A DNA stretch of 63,483 nt, counting the filler, from Dimargaris cristalligena (Eukaryota): NCBI GenBank assembly GCA_003614675.1. It is 3 parts of 3 records of this genome, joined end to end, with 100 filler letters (N's around TTAATTAATTAA, not from the genome) between each part and the next. Parts side by side here need not be neighbours in the genome. Positions count along the whole stretch, not along the records: positions 21,201 to 42,293 come from ML002673.1; 2 more parts are not named here. One strand, 5' to 3'. The translations under genes and the position numbers were made by a program. The notes below the pieces were generated by a model, which was not told where the DNA came from, made no database searches, and worked only from the letters and a program-made list of their open reading frames with translations. How positions within the stretch are numbered: the first letter of the stretch is position 1; every line of letters starts with the position of its first letter. Below are positions 25,601-38,555 of this stretch, in pieces.

Positions 25601-28600
25601 ACACGGATGTAAAAGCAGGCTTAGGTGCGTTTGGGAAATGTGTTTATCCGGTGGCTTGATTTATTTATAGAGTGAGAATTTCGATGGACGAATAGTTTAC
25701 TCTTCCATCATATGTGGATAGCTACTTAGTAATCTGGTTCAAACTAATTATTATATGTGTAATGATGCTAAAGCGTATGGTCAAATAAACCTACCTTACG
25801 TCCCCCTTCCCTCGGTGTTATTTCAGCTGACTTCTTTACATAGAAACGTCAGTGAAGTTTTTACGCCTTTAACATCCGCATTCAAAACCGACGGATGGGG
25901 TAGGGAGCGGAAAGGCAATGTTTCAGCTAGCATAAGGATTGTTTAAGCATTTCGTTTGATATTCTACTGAAGCCTCTAGAAATTTAAGCGGAAAAGTGTA
26001 GCACTCCTCAGAATCCGATGGCAGACGGTAAAAGAACCCCAAATCCACCCGCTCCTATGCATCTTTGTTGGAGTGCACACTCCCACATTGATGGTTACGA
26101 CCGCCCATTCTCGGCCAAAAGGAGAAGTGCATTTATTACATAGGGTGGCAAGCTTAAAACCAGATTTTGCGGTTATACCCAGAGTGTTCTTCCCTCTGCC
26201 ATTCACCCAGTGAATATTTGGGAGTATCACATCCCCGCTAAATTACATTAACCTAGGGAATCCGACTTATGGCGGCCCGACCCACCTATTGGCATCGCTT
26301 TGGGTTTGAAGCGCTATATATTCACCAGCTTAACATCAAAACTGGTCCTAATCGGGGAAGATTTGTCGGTTCTAATGACCAATTGATTTAACAGGCATTA
26401 TTGAACTACCGGTATGTTCGTAATTTTACCCCCATTTGGAGCTGTACAGGGGTGGCATGTCTCCATGTATGGCAAGATATCACCCTTGAAACCACCTGTT
26501 TCCGAAAAAGAGACAAGTTAGGCGGGGCGTGACTGCCTTTTGCGATAGGCAGGTGTAGTCATTCCGTGGGCTTCAGGGGAGGGGGGGGGTGGCCAATCAT
26601 GCACACCGTAACTGATCACGCGATGGGAGAGTATACAATCGCCATATATTCCAGTTACCTGTCGGTTGGGAACCGGCAGCGGTGGGAAAGAAGAGGAGGT
26701 GTTACGGGCCATTCCCAAGGACTTTCCCTCAAACTTCGTCAAACACAGTTTCGCCGAATCCAAATAGTTAGTCCTTGGCAAGTACGAAATCAATCAATAA
26801 ACAGTCACACTGTCCTGATACTTTAGCCACGCAGGTAACTATTCATGAATATAGAGTTTCGGCAAGGGGTATGCATTATTTCTTCCGACCTGTGCCACCC
26901 CGTAGTGCAACGTATACCTGGCCCTTGTGATGGCAGTACGTCGGTCAGCCGGGTATCTTTGGCCGATTCGTAATGAGGTTAATTGAACCATGGCCCGTTG
27001 GCTAGTGAGTCGTTAGGGCAAGACACGGAAAATCGTTTTAGACCAGTAATATTGCTATTCCACCTGTCTGCTGAACCGGCAACACCTACCCCCCTTGGTC
27101 GTCATCGAGGGACACCGAGCATGGTAAGAATGCCGACAATGACAAACCCAACCAGGGCTGCGTAATATTGGCAGCTTATTAAATCATCACTGTGGGTAGG
27201 GGTTACAAATAGGAAGAATGCCGACAATGTGAATTGGCAGTGATTCCCGGGCCCTAATAAGGTCTAAGTACTGGGGGGGTGGTGCCCTCTCCCCCTCCCC
27301 AATACACACACACACGTGTTCAATTGGTTCGTGAGGTGCTCGCCATTCCATGTCGCAATCTACGGCCGGGTAAAAAAAAACCAGTCACAGTTGGGTGGAT
27401 ATGTGTCTCATGGGGATGGGTTGACTAAGCGACTGTGGAGGAGCGATTCATTAACCCCCCCCCCAGCCATACGACTAGGTAAATCCGTATATCTAATTTT
27501 GGGGTCTATTTATAGATCCGATATTTTTGGGCAGTATGGGGTCAACCTCGACCACCAATGGGCGAACCGATTTTTCAACCCAGTTTGGGGAATGAACGGA
27601 AATTGATGACTAACAGTCGTTGGGGGGGAAGGGGTGGTGGGTTGTACGAACATTAGTAAAAGTGTGATTAGAAAGGAGCAAGGTATGATTAGACCAATAG
27701 AACCAGCCACATGAGATGTGGGCCAATGCTAGGGAGAGGGGGGCCGGCTTTGGAATTTAGCGTCACACAGGCTGAGGCCAAAACGGGAAACAGCCAATTT
27801 AACCGACGGCCGGCTCGAATGGTGCTACCAGGGTGGGAGTGAACTTTTCGGCTAGAGGAGGCAATCATCTACGAGGCGCGCACAGTGGAAGAGGGGCGGC
27901 CGGTTAATAAAACGCCGAGTGGATTGGGTCACGCCATGGCACTGGGAGGGAAGAGTTGAGTGCAGCATGGGCCATATCAAGGTGTATGGCGATATTACTA
28001 CCAAAGCTAGCGAGAAAGGCAGGGTGAGAAGGAGGCGGAGGATTTCACTCGCTCTCAATTTATCAGGTCCGGTAGACAACGTATGGCCCTTCCGCGGATG
28101 TTGGGAGCACAGACCATACGGAGTAAAGGCGGGTGTCTGTAGTTCGCTTTGAGACGCAGAATAGGGAATTCCAAAGGACACATGCCACTCAAGGGTTCGG
28201 ATCCCACCAGCCGGGGGGGAGGGATGAAACACTAGGGCACTATTTGACTCCCGGGGCCGGGTCGGAAGTTGGGGTGGGAGAGAAAGGGAGGGATGCAGCA
28301 GGGCGTGGACGTCGCAAGTTCGGTATCCGATGATGCGATGCAAGGGCGGAACGAGGGGAATGAGCCCAGAAGGGGTGAGTCACAGCCAGGTGCAGACGGG
28401 GTGCTTTCGCTCGAAGCCGAGTGATTGGCCAGTGGCCAACTTTATCGGAGTGTATGCGTGTGTATATTGGGACTGGGCTGTATCACTCTATAACGAACGG
28501 GGGAGGGTGGAAAGTGGAGAGGGGGAGGATTGCTCGGCGGTGCAGTGGAGAAGGAATGTAGTTAACCAATCACTCGACCCAGGCCGTCCATGGTCCAAGT

Positions 28601-29089
28601 GATTTAAAAGGCCCGTCGGGCACGGCTCGAGAGCAATGATCGCAATACCAATCTACTCAACCTGTCATTTCCATCCTTTGGTGCTCACCTGAGCATTCTC
28701 CGCTGCGTATTGTGTGTGTCAATCCCCGTCCATATTGTCTGCGTGGCTCGTACCCCCTCCTCTTCGCCATTATTTTTGCCAGTCACTCTTTTCCCCTTCC
28801 CCGCGTCTCAGTATACGCGCATACATTGGCCCCCCCTCTCCTTTTCGCTCGTTCATTATTGTCCGAATTCTTCATCCATTCTATATATATAATGCCCCCT
28901 TGCTCCGCCTAACCCCGCTCTTTTTATCACTCCCGCCCTTCCCTTTTTACCCTATTACCCAGACCTTTCCTCCCCGTTCATTTTTATTTTGTAAGCATTA
29001 GTGCCCATTAGCATAAACCCCCCTCCGTTCACGGCTCTCGGCCCCTTCTCCCCTCTCACCCTTCCCATCCCCCCTCTATAGTATTCACC

Positions 29090-32000
29090 ATGTCCGCCGA
29101 CCTTGCGCCTGCGACTGCTGACCACAGCTCCGACTACACCGCCAACATTTATGAAGGCAAGCAGGAGCAGATGGTCCGCGTCTCCGGAGTTCTCGAGAAG
29201 ATGGGCTTCATCCCGAAGGAGCTCATCAAGAGCGAGGTGTCCTGGTTCTACAAGTAAGTCCGTCGTTCCTTGGGTACCACTGACGTGGCCTGAGTTTTTG
29301 ATCAAAATTATCGCCCCTATATCCCCCGCCATATCACACAGGGCATGTGGGGGGTCTTCCATTGGGTGGCTGGGCTTAGTTGGTGTTGACCATAGGCGTT
29401 CTCAGCCCCCCTCCTTCTCCCCTCACTACCAATCCCCTACTACCAATGGTGGTGATGTAGCGGGAAACGTAGGAGAGTTACCATGGTCCTATGGTCTTAC
29501 GCACCTCTATCCCAGGCAACTAATGATCCCTTATTTCAAACCAATCGCACGGTTGGATATCCACTTATTCCTCCTCTGATCCCCCTTTTCTATAGCAATC
29601 TCGGCATTGATGACATGTACTTCATGCTGGAGAACGACGAGACCATTGCCAACCATATTCTGGCACTGTATGGCGCTCAAGTCTCATCCTTCACCAAAAC
29701 CGATGCCGGTCTGGACATTAACCTGGAAAAGGAGAGCGACGATGGCGCCGTATTCATCCACACGTCCAAGCCCGGTGTGTCCCAGCTGCACGGGCCCCAG
29801 CATGAGCGTCGCATTGACGAAAACTACTTGGATATCAGCACCCCCAACCTGGCCTATCGCCTGGAATCGTACCGCTCCCGCGGTAATGTATCCGAGAAGG
29901 TCAACGCCCAGCTTCGCTGCTACTTCATCACCCGCTGCGACTTTGTGAACTCTGCCCCGTCCCCCGCCGACCTCAAGGACATTAACCTGGTGTCCGACAA
30001 GACCTTCCTGGGCAAGGCCACCGCCAACACCCTCGAGGTGTACCAGCGCGTTATTAATCATGTTCTGGACCGGGCCGGCCCCGTGCTCGAAATGCATGAG
30101 ATCCCCAACTCCCGCGAGCGCCGCCTGATCATCGGGTACCGCCAGGGTAGCACTCAGAATTTCCTGAGCGCCATGTCCGATTTGTACCACTACTATGACC
30201 TGTTCTCGACCCGCAAATACGTCGAGCAGTTCTCCAACGGCGTGACCATCGTCTCGCTGTACCTGAGCCCCCTGGCCAACTCCACTTCGCCGCCCATTGA
30301 GCACTCCATTCACCAGGTGCTCAAGGAGGCCAGCCTGATCTACTGTATCCCCACCACTCCTCTCCAGAACCTGTTCCAGACCAACCAGCTGAGCGTCCAG
30401 GAAACCACCTACGGTTACGTCGGCTGGATCTTCTCCCAGCACTTCCTCAACCGCCTGGGCAGCGAATACACTTCGCTCGCCACTGTCCTCAACACCCAAG
30501 ACCCCCTTCACGTCGAGGTTCTGGACAAGATCAAGAAGCGCCTCCGTACCGACACCTTCACCCGTGAGTACATTCTGGATATCATCCTGCGTTACCCCGA
30601 GCTGATTAAGCTGCTCTACGTCAATTTCGCCATGGTCCATTACGTGAACCCCACCGCCGACAACTCCCTGCGTCCTACCTTGTCCTACCAGCGTCTGCAG
30701 ACCGGCAAGGTGCTCACCGACGACGAACTCCTGGACAAGATTAAGCGCACCACCACCAACTCGCACGAGCTGATGGTCTTCCAGTCTCTGCTCACCTTCA
30801 ACAAGCACGTCCTCAAGACCAACTTTTACCAGCCCACCAAGGTAGCTCTCAGTTTCCGCCTGAACCCCTCGTTCCTGCCCGATATCGAGTACCCCACTCC
30901 CATGTACGGCATGGTCCTCGTCGTAGGCAGTGAGTTCCGCGGCTTCCACCTGCGCTTCCGTGATGTGTCCCGCGGTGGTATCCGTGTCATTCGTTCCCGT
31001 AACAAGGAAGCCTACTCCATCAATCTTCGCTCCCTGTTCGACGAGAACTACGCTCTGGCCGCCACCCAGCAGCGCAAGAACAAGGACATTCCCGAGGGCG
31101 GTTCCAAGGGTACCATCCTGTTAGACTTTAACCACCAGGACAAGGCCCGGGTGGTCTTTGAGAAATACGTCGATAGTGTGCTCGACCTGCTGCTCGACGG
31201 CCAGACCCCTGGCATCAAGGAGAAGATTGTCGATCTCCACGGTAAGCCTGAGATCCTCTTCTTCGGCCCCGACGAGGGTACCGCCGACTTCATGGACTGG
31301 GCCAGTCAGCACGCCCGGTCCCGTGGTGCGACCTTCTGGAAGGCCTTCACCACCGGCAAGAGCCAGTCCCTGGGCGGCATCCCCCACGACACTTACGGTA
31401 TGACTACCCGGTCCGTGCACCAGTACGTTTTGGGCATCCAGCGCAAGTTGGGTCTCAAGGAGGAACAGGTCACCAAGATCCAGACTGGTGGGCCCGATGG
31501 TGATTTGGGTTCCAACGAAATCAAGATCTCCAAAGACAAGACCATCGCGGTGGTTGACGGCAGTGGTGTGCTCTATGACCCCGAGGGTATCAACCGGGCT
31601 GAACTCACCCGTCTGGCCGAAGCCCGTCGGATGATTTCCGATTTTGACATGAGCACCCTTAGCCCCCAAGGTTTTCGCGTGTTGGTCGATGAGTACAAGG
31701 TCCGTCTCCCCAATGGCGTCCTGGTCCCCGATGGTTTCACCTTCCGGAATGAGTTCCATCTCAACCCTCTCAGCTCCGCCCAGTTCTTTGTGCCCTGCGG
31801 TGGCCGCCCCGAATCGGTGGACGTGAACAACGTGAGCAAGCTATTCGACGCCGATGGCAACCCGCGCTTTAAGTACGTGGTTGAAGGCGCCAACCTGTTC
31901 TTCACCCAGGAGGCCCGTCTCCGCTTGGAGAAGGCCGGCGTGGTGGTGTTCAAGGACGCCTCGGCCAACAAGGGAGGTGTCACCTCCAGCTCCATGGAGG

Positions 32001-32482
32001 TTTTGGCCGCATTGGCCTTTGACGACGAGCGCTTCGAAAGCATGATGACCGTTAAGGGCGGAGTGACCCCGCAGTTCTACTCGGAATACGTCAAGGCCGT
32101 GCACCATATTATCGAGCGCAACGCCGAGCTGGAGTTCGAATGCCTGTGGCGCGAGCACAAGCGGACGGGTAAGCCCCGCTCCCTGCTGTCCGATGACTTA
32201 TCCGTGGCCGTGGTTAAGCTCAACGAAGAGCTCCAGAACACTACCCTGTGGGACGATGTTGCCTTGCGCCACGTGGTTCTGTCCGAGGCCCTGCCCAAGC
32301 TACTGATCGACACCTTGGGCCTCGAAGGCATTCTTTCCCGGGTACCTGAGGCCTACACCCGGGCCATCTTTGGCGCTTATCTGGCCTCCCGCTTTGTGTA
32401 CAAATACGGTACCGAACCTTCGCAGTTCGCCTTTTTTGAGTTCATGACCCCTTACTTCCAGAAGCTGAGCGAGGTCCAGTAG
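29090..32482 (+). CDS. GDH2: NAD-specific glutamate dehydrogenase (large fungal type); exons 29090-29253 and 29596-32482
   Basis: Spliced EVSWFYN|NLGIDDMYF, then FRGFHLRFRDVSRGGIR, KNKDIPEGGSKG, FFGPDEGTA, QTGGPDGDLGSNEI, VEGANLF and KDASANKGGVTSSS. Confidence 0.96.
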
Positions 32483-33244
32483 ATTCTCGAATTTTATGTA
32501 GGGCACCATCTACCCGAAGAGTTCCGTCACCCTCCCCGTGCTACTATTTATAATAGCCCATGGGGATTGGCGCACATCCCAAATTTTGAATTCCGTCATT
32601 ACCTTTTATTGTAAACCCTTTTCTCTCTTTTAACCATTTTCTATATATATATCGGCATCCTAGTTCATATTTTGCTTGGCCTAGTATTTATATTCTTGCT
32701 TCTATTGACCCAGTCAAATTCAAGTCAAACATCATCACATTAAAAAACCATGCCACTTTATGCCCATCTATATGATCCACTAAGTCCTGTAAGATGAGGA
32801 ACCGGCAACTTATCAACGAAGCACTGATAGATTCGCCGTTAAAAAATCCGGGTGTATCTAGGTCGATGGGGCTTCAGTCTGGTGGAGCGGAACGACGCGC
32901 GAGGCGGTAACTACGTTGTTATTGTTCTTTGGTGTTTTTGCATGCCTCCTTGACGGCTGCTTCAATGCTGTAGAGACATTTAGGTAGATTGCTGGTCTCT
33001 AACTAAATGGGTTATAGCTCAGCTATTAGCAATCAGGCATGCTGCCATTTTCCAGGTCTAATTCGCATTGATATACTCCTGATCTAGGTATGATGGCCAC
33101 GAGTGGTAGTTCTCAGTCCAAATACAAAACCTCGTTGGGTAAGTTTTGGTCAAGATGACTCCCGGTGCTGTATTCGTAGAAAATCTACCTATGTTCTCTG
33201 GTTTGGTATTAGAGGGATTAACCACCATACCCCTGTTGAAAAAT

Positions 33245-33420
33245 ATGTCCCGATAGGTCGTTTATCCTATCCTGTTTCCACCAATTATGTTTGTTTATGT
33301 AGTTAACATACGACCACCCATTTTGACCACTTCCAATGCGCCCCACTGATTATATAGTTCAATAAAACTAACCACCTAGAGACACCTACCGTCCTCTAGC
33401 TGCTTTCTTCTCTTTCTTCC
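33245..33420 (+). repeat. Diverged dispersed repeat, copy A (partner 43835-44000)
   Basis: Collinear similarity, e.g. TTCAATAAAACTAACCACCTAGAGACACCTACCGTCCT vs TTCAATACAACTTATCACCTAGAGGTACCTACCGTCCT. Confidence 0.7.
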
Positions 33421-35775
33421 AGTTTTATTTCCTTTAAGTCCTTAGTATACCAGCATTTTGAAGGTGCGGGAGAATATGACTCGATAAAAAGTAAGTTGTG
33501 GTGCGAAATAGTCAACTGAAGCACCAACATGTAAGGTGGTTGATACGTATATAGCTTTTTAGGCGGGGAGGGTACGTGGGTCAAAGGTAGAGGCCCGGGA
33601 GAACAGGGGTACGGAGGGCGTTAGGTTTTCCTACCACCGGAGATGTTAGGAATCATTGGGGGATAAATGATACTCCGAAAGATAAGCTCAAGAAACTGGG
33701 GTTATAATCGGCTGCTTTGTTAATGGATCGGTAACTTCGTCGCTATTTATACTACGGCGGGGATAGCAAAAAGTACTACTAGACCGCAATATCGGCCGCG
33801 ATGGCCGGAGGTTTGTCATGGTTACTGGAGTAAGTTTCGTTATCGTATAGTGAGGCATTGTAATAGCAATGCAGTGGAGGTATCGTCTTGTATAAGCTAG
33901 GTCCGAGTGCAAGCAGATATGGGCTGATATTCGAATAGTGTATACTCGGGGTTTAATGTGGATTATAAAACACACCGTGCATAATAGTGACATTAATGCC
34001 GGGCATACATGAGTAAATACGGTTCAGGAACGATTAGTGAAAACACCAAGACAATAACCTATTAGAATGTCTATATATAAATTTGATACTATTAGGTGCA
34101 CGCCAAACCAACACACTAGGAAAATATAGTGTTTGCATGGAATGGGTAAATGAATAGACAGTGTCCGAGTCAGAAGGAATGTTTGCATAATGCACGGATG
34201 TATACTAATCGCGAGACAAAAGCGATGTCAGTGTGTCAGGACTATTTAAAGTCAAGGTTCAGGTTACATTGGCCGATGGTAGTAGAAGTGGGTTGCCCAC
34301 GGGGTTTGTCATTCCCGGTTCGCTGTCGATGCTTCCTATTTATATAGTCGCAACTTATTTGACTTCTACGACACTCCGTGTTTATCTGCCACATCTATTA
34401 CATTTTCTATCAGGTGTTACCTTTGGACCATTACTTCGATCTGTACATAATCGAATGGGCAGTTCAAGTAAGCTATGCGCACCTAGCTTATTTCAAACAT
34501 GGTACTATCATGAAGTCAACTCATTAACCTGTGCCGGGGCCCAATTATATTTAGCTGGTTGTCTGGATTTTCATTTTCAGTCCTCTCCTTGAGTCTTGTT
34601 CGAGTTGTCTGAATCAAAACCTCTTCATTGTGCTATTTGATATTCAGGCCAAATCCATAACTATGCCGGCCATCCCAATGTAGCGTAACAAATAATACTT
34701 TATCCACTATAAATCATTATTACCCAAGTCGAAGTAATTTACAATATCCATATATATTCCAAATATCATTCGAAATACTTCAGTCCTTCCAGTTCACCAT
34801 CCTTTTTTTTTCATAAACAAGTGGTGAAGCTTGCCACATAATTATTATCTACGGGACTTAGGAACAAATTGCCCGGCAATCTAACTATTTTTAGTATATT
34901 ACATTATACTTGTATCCAGTTTACCAGCGTCCATTTGCTTTATATCACTTATATTCGTTCCAGGTGCTATCAAGAAGAACAATATGGCGTGGAAGTCATC
35001 AGTTATCGAGTGCCGCCGATAGAAAACTCATTGCTGAGTTTAAACCGACGAGCAGCTTCGTTCATAGTTAAATTCTCCACAAACCACCGAATCGAAAAAG
35101 TATTTAAACCCCACGTTTTATCCGGTTTAAAAAAGAATCAGGCCACCTGTCACCTATCATCTATACCGACCGTTTCTATCCACCAAATTTGTATTATCAG
35201 TTTATCATTACCGTTCAGTAAAAGTCGATGCATAGATATTCCGTAATTATCACTCATTATTTAGCTCATTAATCATTGATTACTTTGTTATTATTTAGTT
35301 TCTATACCTTAAAATTAAAACCCCATAGCGCCCCATAGTGTTTGAACTACCCTCGATTATGGCGCCTAGTTGGCAGCCCACACTGACAAAATCCGACGCT
35401 ACGAAGAGTTCAGTTATATAGTCGAACCCTCCAGTGGGTAATCCGGCTATCGCGTCACATATTACAATCACTACTGCTAACACCAGATCACCACGTTCCG
35501 CTGCTATGTAAGTAAAATTCGAATGACTTTAGTAAGTATAGTTTATTCGATGAGGGGCAAGAACAATATAAGCTATTTGCAATTTACAATAATGTGAGTC
35601 GACTGTATTGGCTAACGGAAAGGTAGGCGGGGCTGGATAAGTGTCGTATGCGATGTCGAGACCGTTTGAGAATATCTTGTGGAAGATGGGGAATATGGCA
35701 ATGGTTCTGGTCAAATTTAAATATAGCCAGTGGGTGTAAGCGGGCTTAGATGCGCAGTCAAATGAAGGGAGCTCC

Positions 35776-36245
35776 CAGAAGGTAGTCCTGGCCAGAGACC
35801 ACGCTCCAAGAATATCCTGTTCAGATGAGCAACATTTTAAAAGCAAAATAATTCGGCGAAAAAAATGTAAGTGGAAACCTGGTCAAAAGAAAGGAGAACC
35901 CTCAGAAGGCAGCCTTGGCCAGAGACCACGCTCCAAGAATATCCAGTTCAGATGAACGACATTTAAATAACTAAAGAGTTTGGAGGGAAAAAGAGGATTA
36001 GAAAACCAATGTAAGCGGAAATCTGGTAAAAAATAGAGAAACTCTCAGAAGGCAGTCTTGGCCAGAGACTACCTCCGGAAGCACCAACTTCAGACGGCTT
36101 GCTATAAAAGAAAATGGATTTTGGAAGAAACATAAAATGCGAAGCGGGTTTATAATATAGCCCAGTCAAACAAAGAGGTACTTCTAGAAGGCGGTCTTGG
36201 CCAGAGGCCACCCCCCGAAAGTATCCAGTTCTGCCGACGAGCATA
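35776..36245. repeat. Degenerate tandem array, 4 units of ~125-145 bp
   Basis: Core AGAAGGYAGYCTTGGCCAGAGACCAC...TCCAGTTC recurs at ~35777, 35903, 36046 and 36185. The intervening sequences are also related. Confidence 0.8.
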
Positions 36246-37520
36246 AGGCGTGATACGAAATAGGATCCGAGACTCACGATTACATATGTAAGTAAAATCA
36301 ACGTCGCGATGGCGACCCCGCAGTTATGGAGAGTATACTCATCGTCCGAGGGCGCGGTGGCCTTATATTTTGTACACCCGCCACCATTAACAACCGGGAT
36401 AACCGGAGGGGGCGGCAACCCACGAGTGGTTCCGACGGCCAAGTTATAGAGCGGACCGGTAGATACAGGTTTCTTTTCTGACAATGGTAGTCCCTGGCGT
36501 GACTTTAAACCGGATCCGCGAGTGGAAATGGGTTGGTTTTTAACGGAATTCCCAACAGCCCGGGTTGGCTGAGGGACCGATGCCTTGGTTGCACTGTCTC
36601 GTCTTCCATTATTTGCCGGAGTTTCTTGTCCGGCAGTGCGACCTTTCGCAGACGGACTGGCCCGGATTGGATGAGGGGCGATGGGATTCTTCGCTCGGCT
36701 ATTCTTATCCGCGGTTGAAGAGGCCGCCTGTTTGGAGCGACGAGGACTGCTCGGCGGACTGGAAGGTACATCAGCCTGGGTTGGACGGAGGACGGAGGGA
36801 TTCTTCGCTCGGCTATTCTTATCCGCGGTTGAAGAGGCCACCTGTTTGGAGCGACGAGGACTGCTCGGCGGACTGGAAGGTACATCAGCCCGGGTTGGAC
36901 GGGGGGCGGGGGGATTCTTCACCCGGCTATTCTTATCCACGGCGGAGGGTGCCACTTTTTTGGGATGACGGGGACTGCTTGGTGGGCTGGGCGGTACAAC
37001 AGCCCTAGTTGAACGGGGGACGGGGGGATTCCTCACTCGTCCATCCCTATCCACGGCGGAGTGGGCCGCCTGTTTGGAATGGCGGGGGCTGCTCGACGGG
37101 CTGGGTGGTACAACAGCCTGGATTTGACGGGGAACCGGAAGGGACTGAAAGGCCAAGGCTTCCCAGGTGGTGGACTCGAAGGTATTATCGACCTGGTTGA
37201 TATAGATAAATAGCCAGGCAAGAATTAGATAGGCCAGGCATACAAAAGGCCACAGCTAGATATATAAATGAAGATATAAAATACAGTTAAAAATGATGTT
37301 AGTAACATTTATATAAGAGAATTACCAAAAAATAGTAAATATCGTGATAGTCAAATACGAGGAATAGTTAACATTAATAGTATACTTACACCAGTGTATG
37401 GGAAATGACCACAGCCGGCCATTTTAATTAAGAGCGGCGGAGTTGTAATAACCAGCATTATAATTGAAAGAACGGTACTTGTGAGAATAATGATATACGA
37501 TAGGTAAGCCAAAATATTAC
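35963..37520 (-). CDS. Putative lineage-specific multi-pass membrane protein with a basic Pro/Ser-rich repeat loop (start not defined; 3' end may be degenerate)
   Basis: The long ORF extends upstream to an acceptor at ~37255 (LWPFVCLAYLILAWLFIYI, TM). A GTAAGT donor near 37389 links a further hydrophobic exon (LAYLSYIIILTSTVLSIIMLVI). A third TM is GVAIATLILLTYVIVSLG. Confidence 0.45.
36683..37138. repeat. Coding minisatellite, 4 x 114 bp (38-aa unit VPSSPPSSPRRSKQ...)
   Basis: GGGATT anchor at 36683, 36797, 36911 and 37025 (exact 114-bp period). Confidence 0.92.
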
Positions 37521-38555
37521 TATTTATATGTTTTTATTATCTATTACTTTAGCTGGTCAGTCTCCTCTAGCCCTTGGATCTATTTTAGAAGCCCACTATT
37601 TCACACCGGGAACTAGTTTTCCTAGCACCAAGCCTCGGCAAACCTGTTGCCAAATTCGCAAACCCCTGAGGCCACTGGACTGCCCCAATTTGGATTAATT
37701 ATCTACCTTCATAATGGCATCCCCCATCAACAATGATATCTAAATCAACTCCGATATGCTTTGTTAGAGCAAAGTACAAGTATTATTATCTGCGTGGCTA
37801 CGGCAATAGTTCAATGCTACATGTGCACAGCTACCAGCCATGCACCCACGGTCACTTTGCAGTGGAAGGAAAGCCCCCTACTCCACAGTCGAATACTGCC
37901 GGCATAGCCAGGGGGCTCTGCGGAAGGCCTTCCAATTCCAATTGCGACCACTCCTGTAGTGGGTCACATACAAAGTATGGGCATTCACCTTTTCTAAAGG
38001 TAGCCAGTTGGTACAGCATCGCCCAATTTGAACCAAACCCCCTGGCATTACCCATCCCTCTTAGCCAAGGAGTAGATGTGATTGGGCAGTTAGTCGCCAA
38101 TTTAAATATATAATAATGTATTTATATTTCGATGTAGTTCGACAGGTTTTTAGGGGGTAATGAATCCACTTGGAAGCAAAAAAAATAGATAAAAAGGGAG
38201 GGAGGGGGGTAATTGCATATGGAAGAGATATCGTCCGGCCGTATAACGAAAAATCCGATTGCCGAGCCAGGATTAACCTGGTTAAAACTAGGTATCCTGT
38301 CCATGTTTCCGTCTATGTTTTATTCGATATCTAAATACAGCGGATTTGATAGCTTGGCCTATATGTATTTCACAAGCCCAGTTTTGGCGAGAATCTCCAT
38401 TTGCTTACTATGCCCAACCGATAAACTGATTAAATAATGCCAAATAAAATCGTAAATGAGACAGGCGGGCTCGTATTTAAAGCCTTGGGTGGAGAAGGTG
38501 TATACATATATTCTTGTTACAACCTATACACAGCCCACCCACTATTGTCGCCAAT

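Noticed and set aside
28190-28215. GGGTTCGGATCCC tRNA T-arm-like motif
   Set aside because: Only a 3-bp stem and no matching tRNA body upstream.
29684-31759. 421-aa and 212-aa minus-strand ORFs
   Set aside because: Antisense shadows of GDH2 caused by codon bias.
35776-36245. CRISPR-like repeat/spacer appearance
   Set aside because: Eukaryotic context, repeats too long and degenerate, 'spacers' homologous to one another, and no cas genes.
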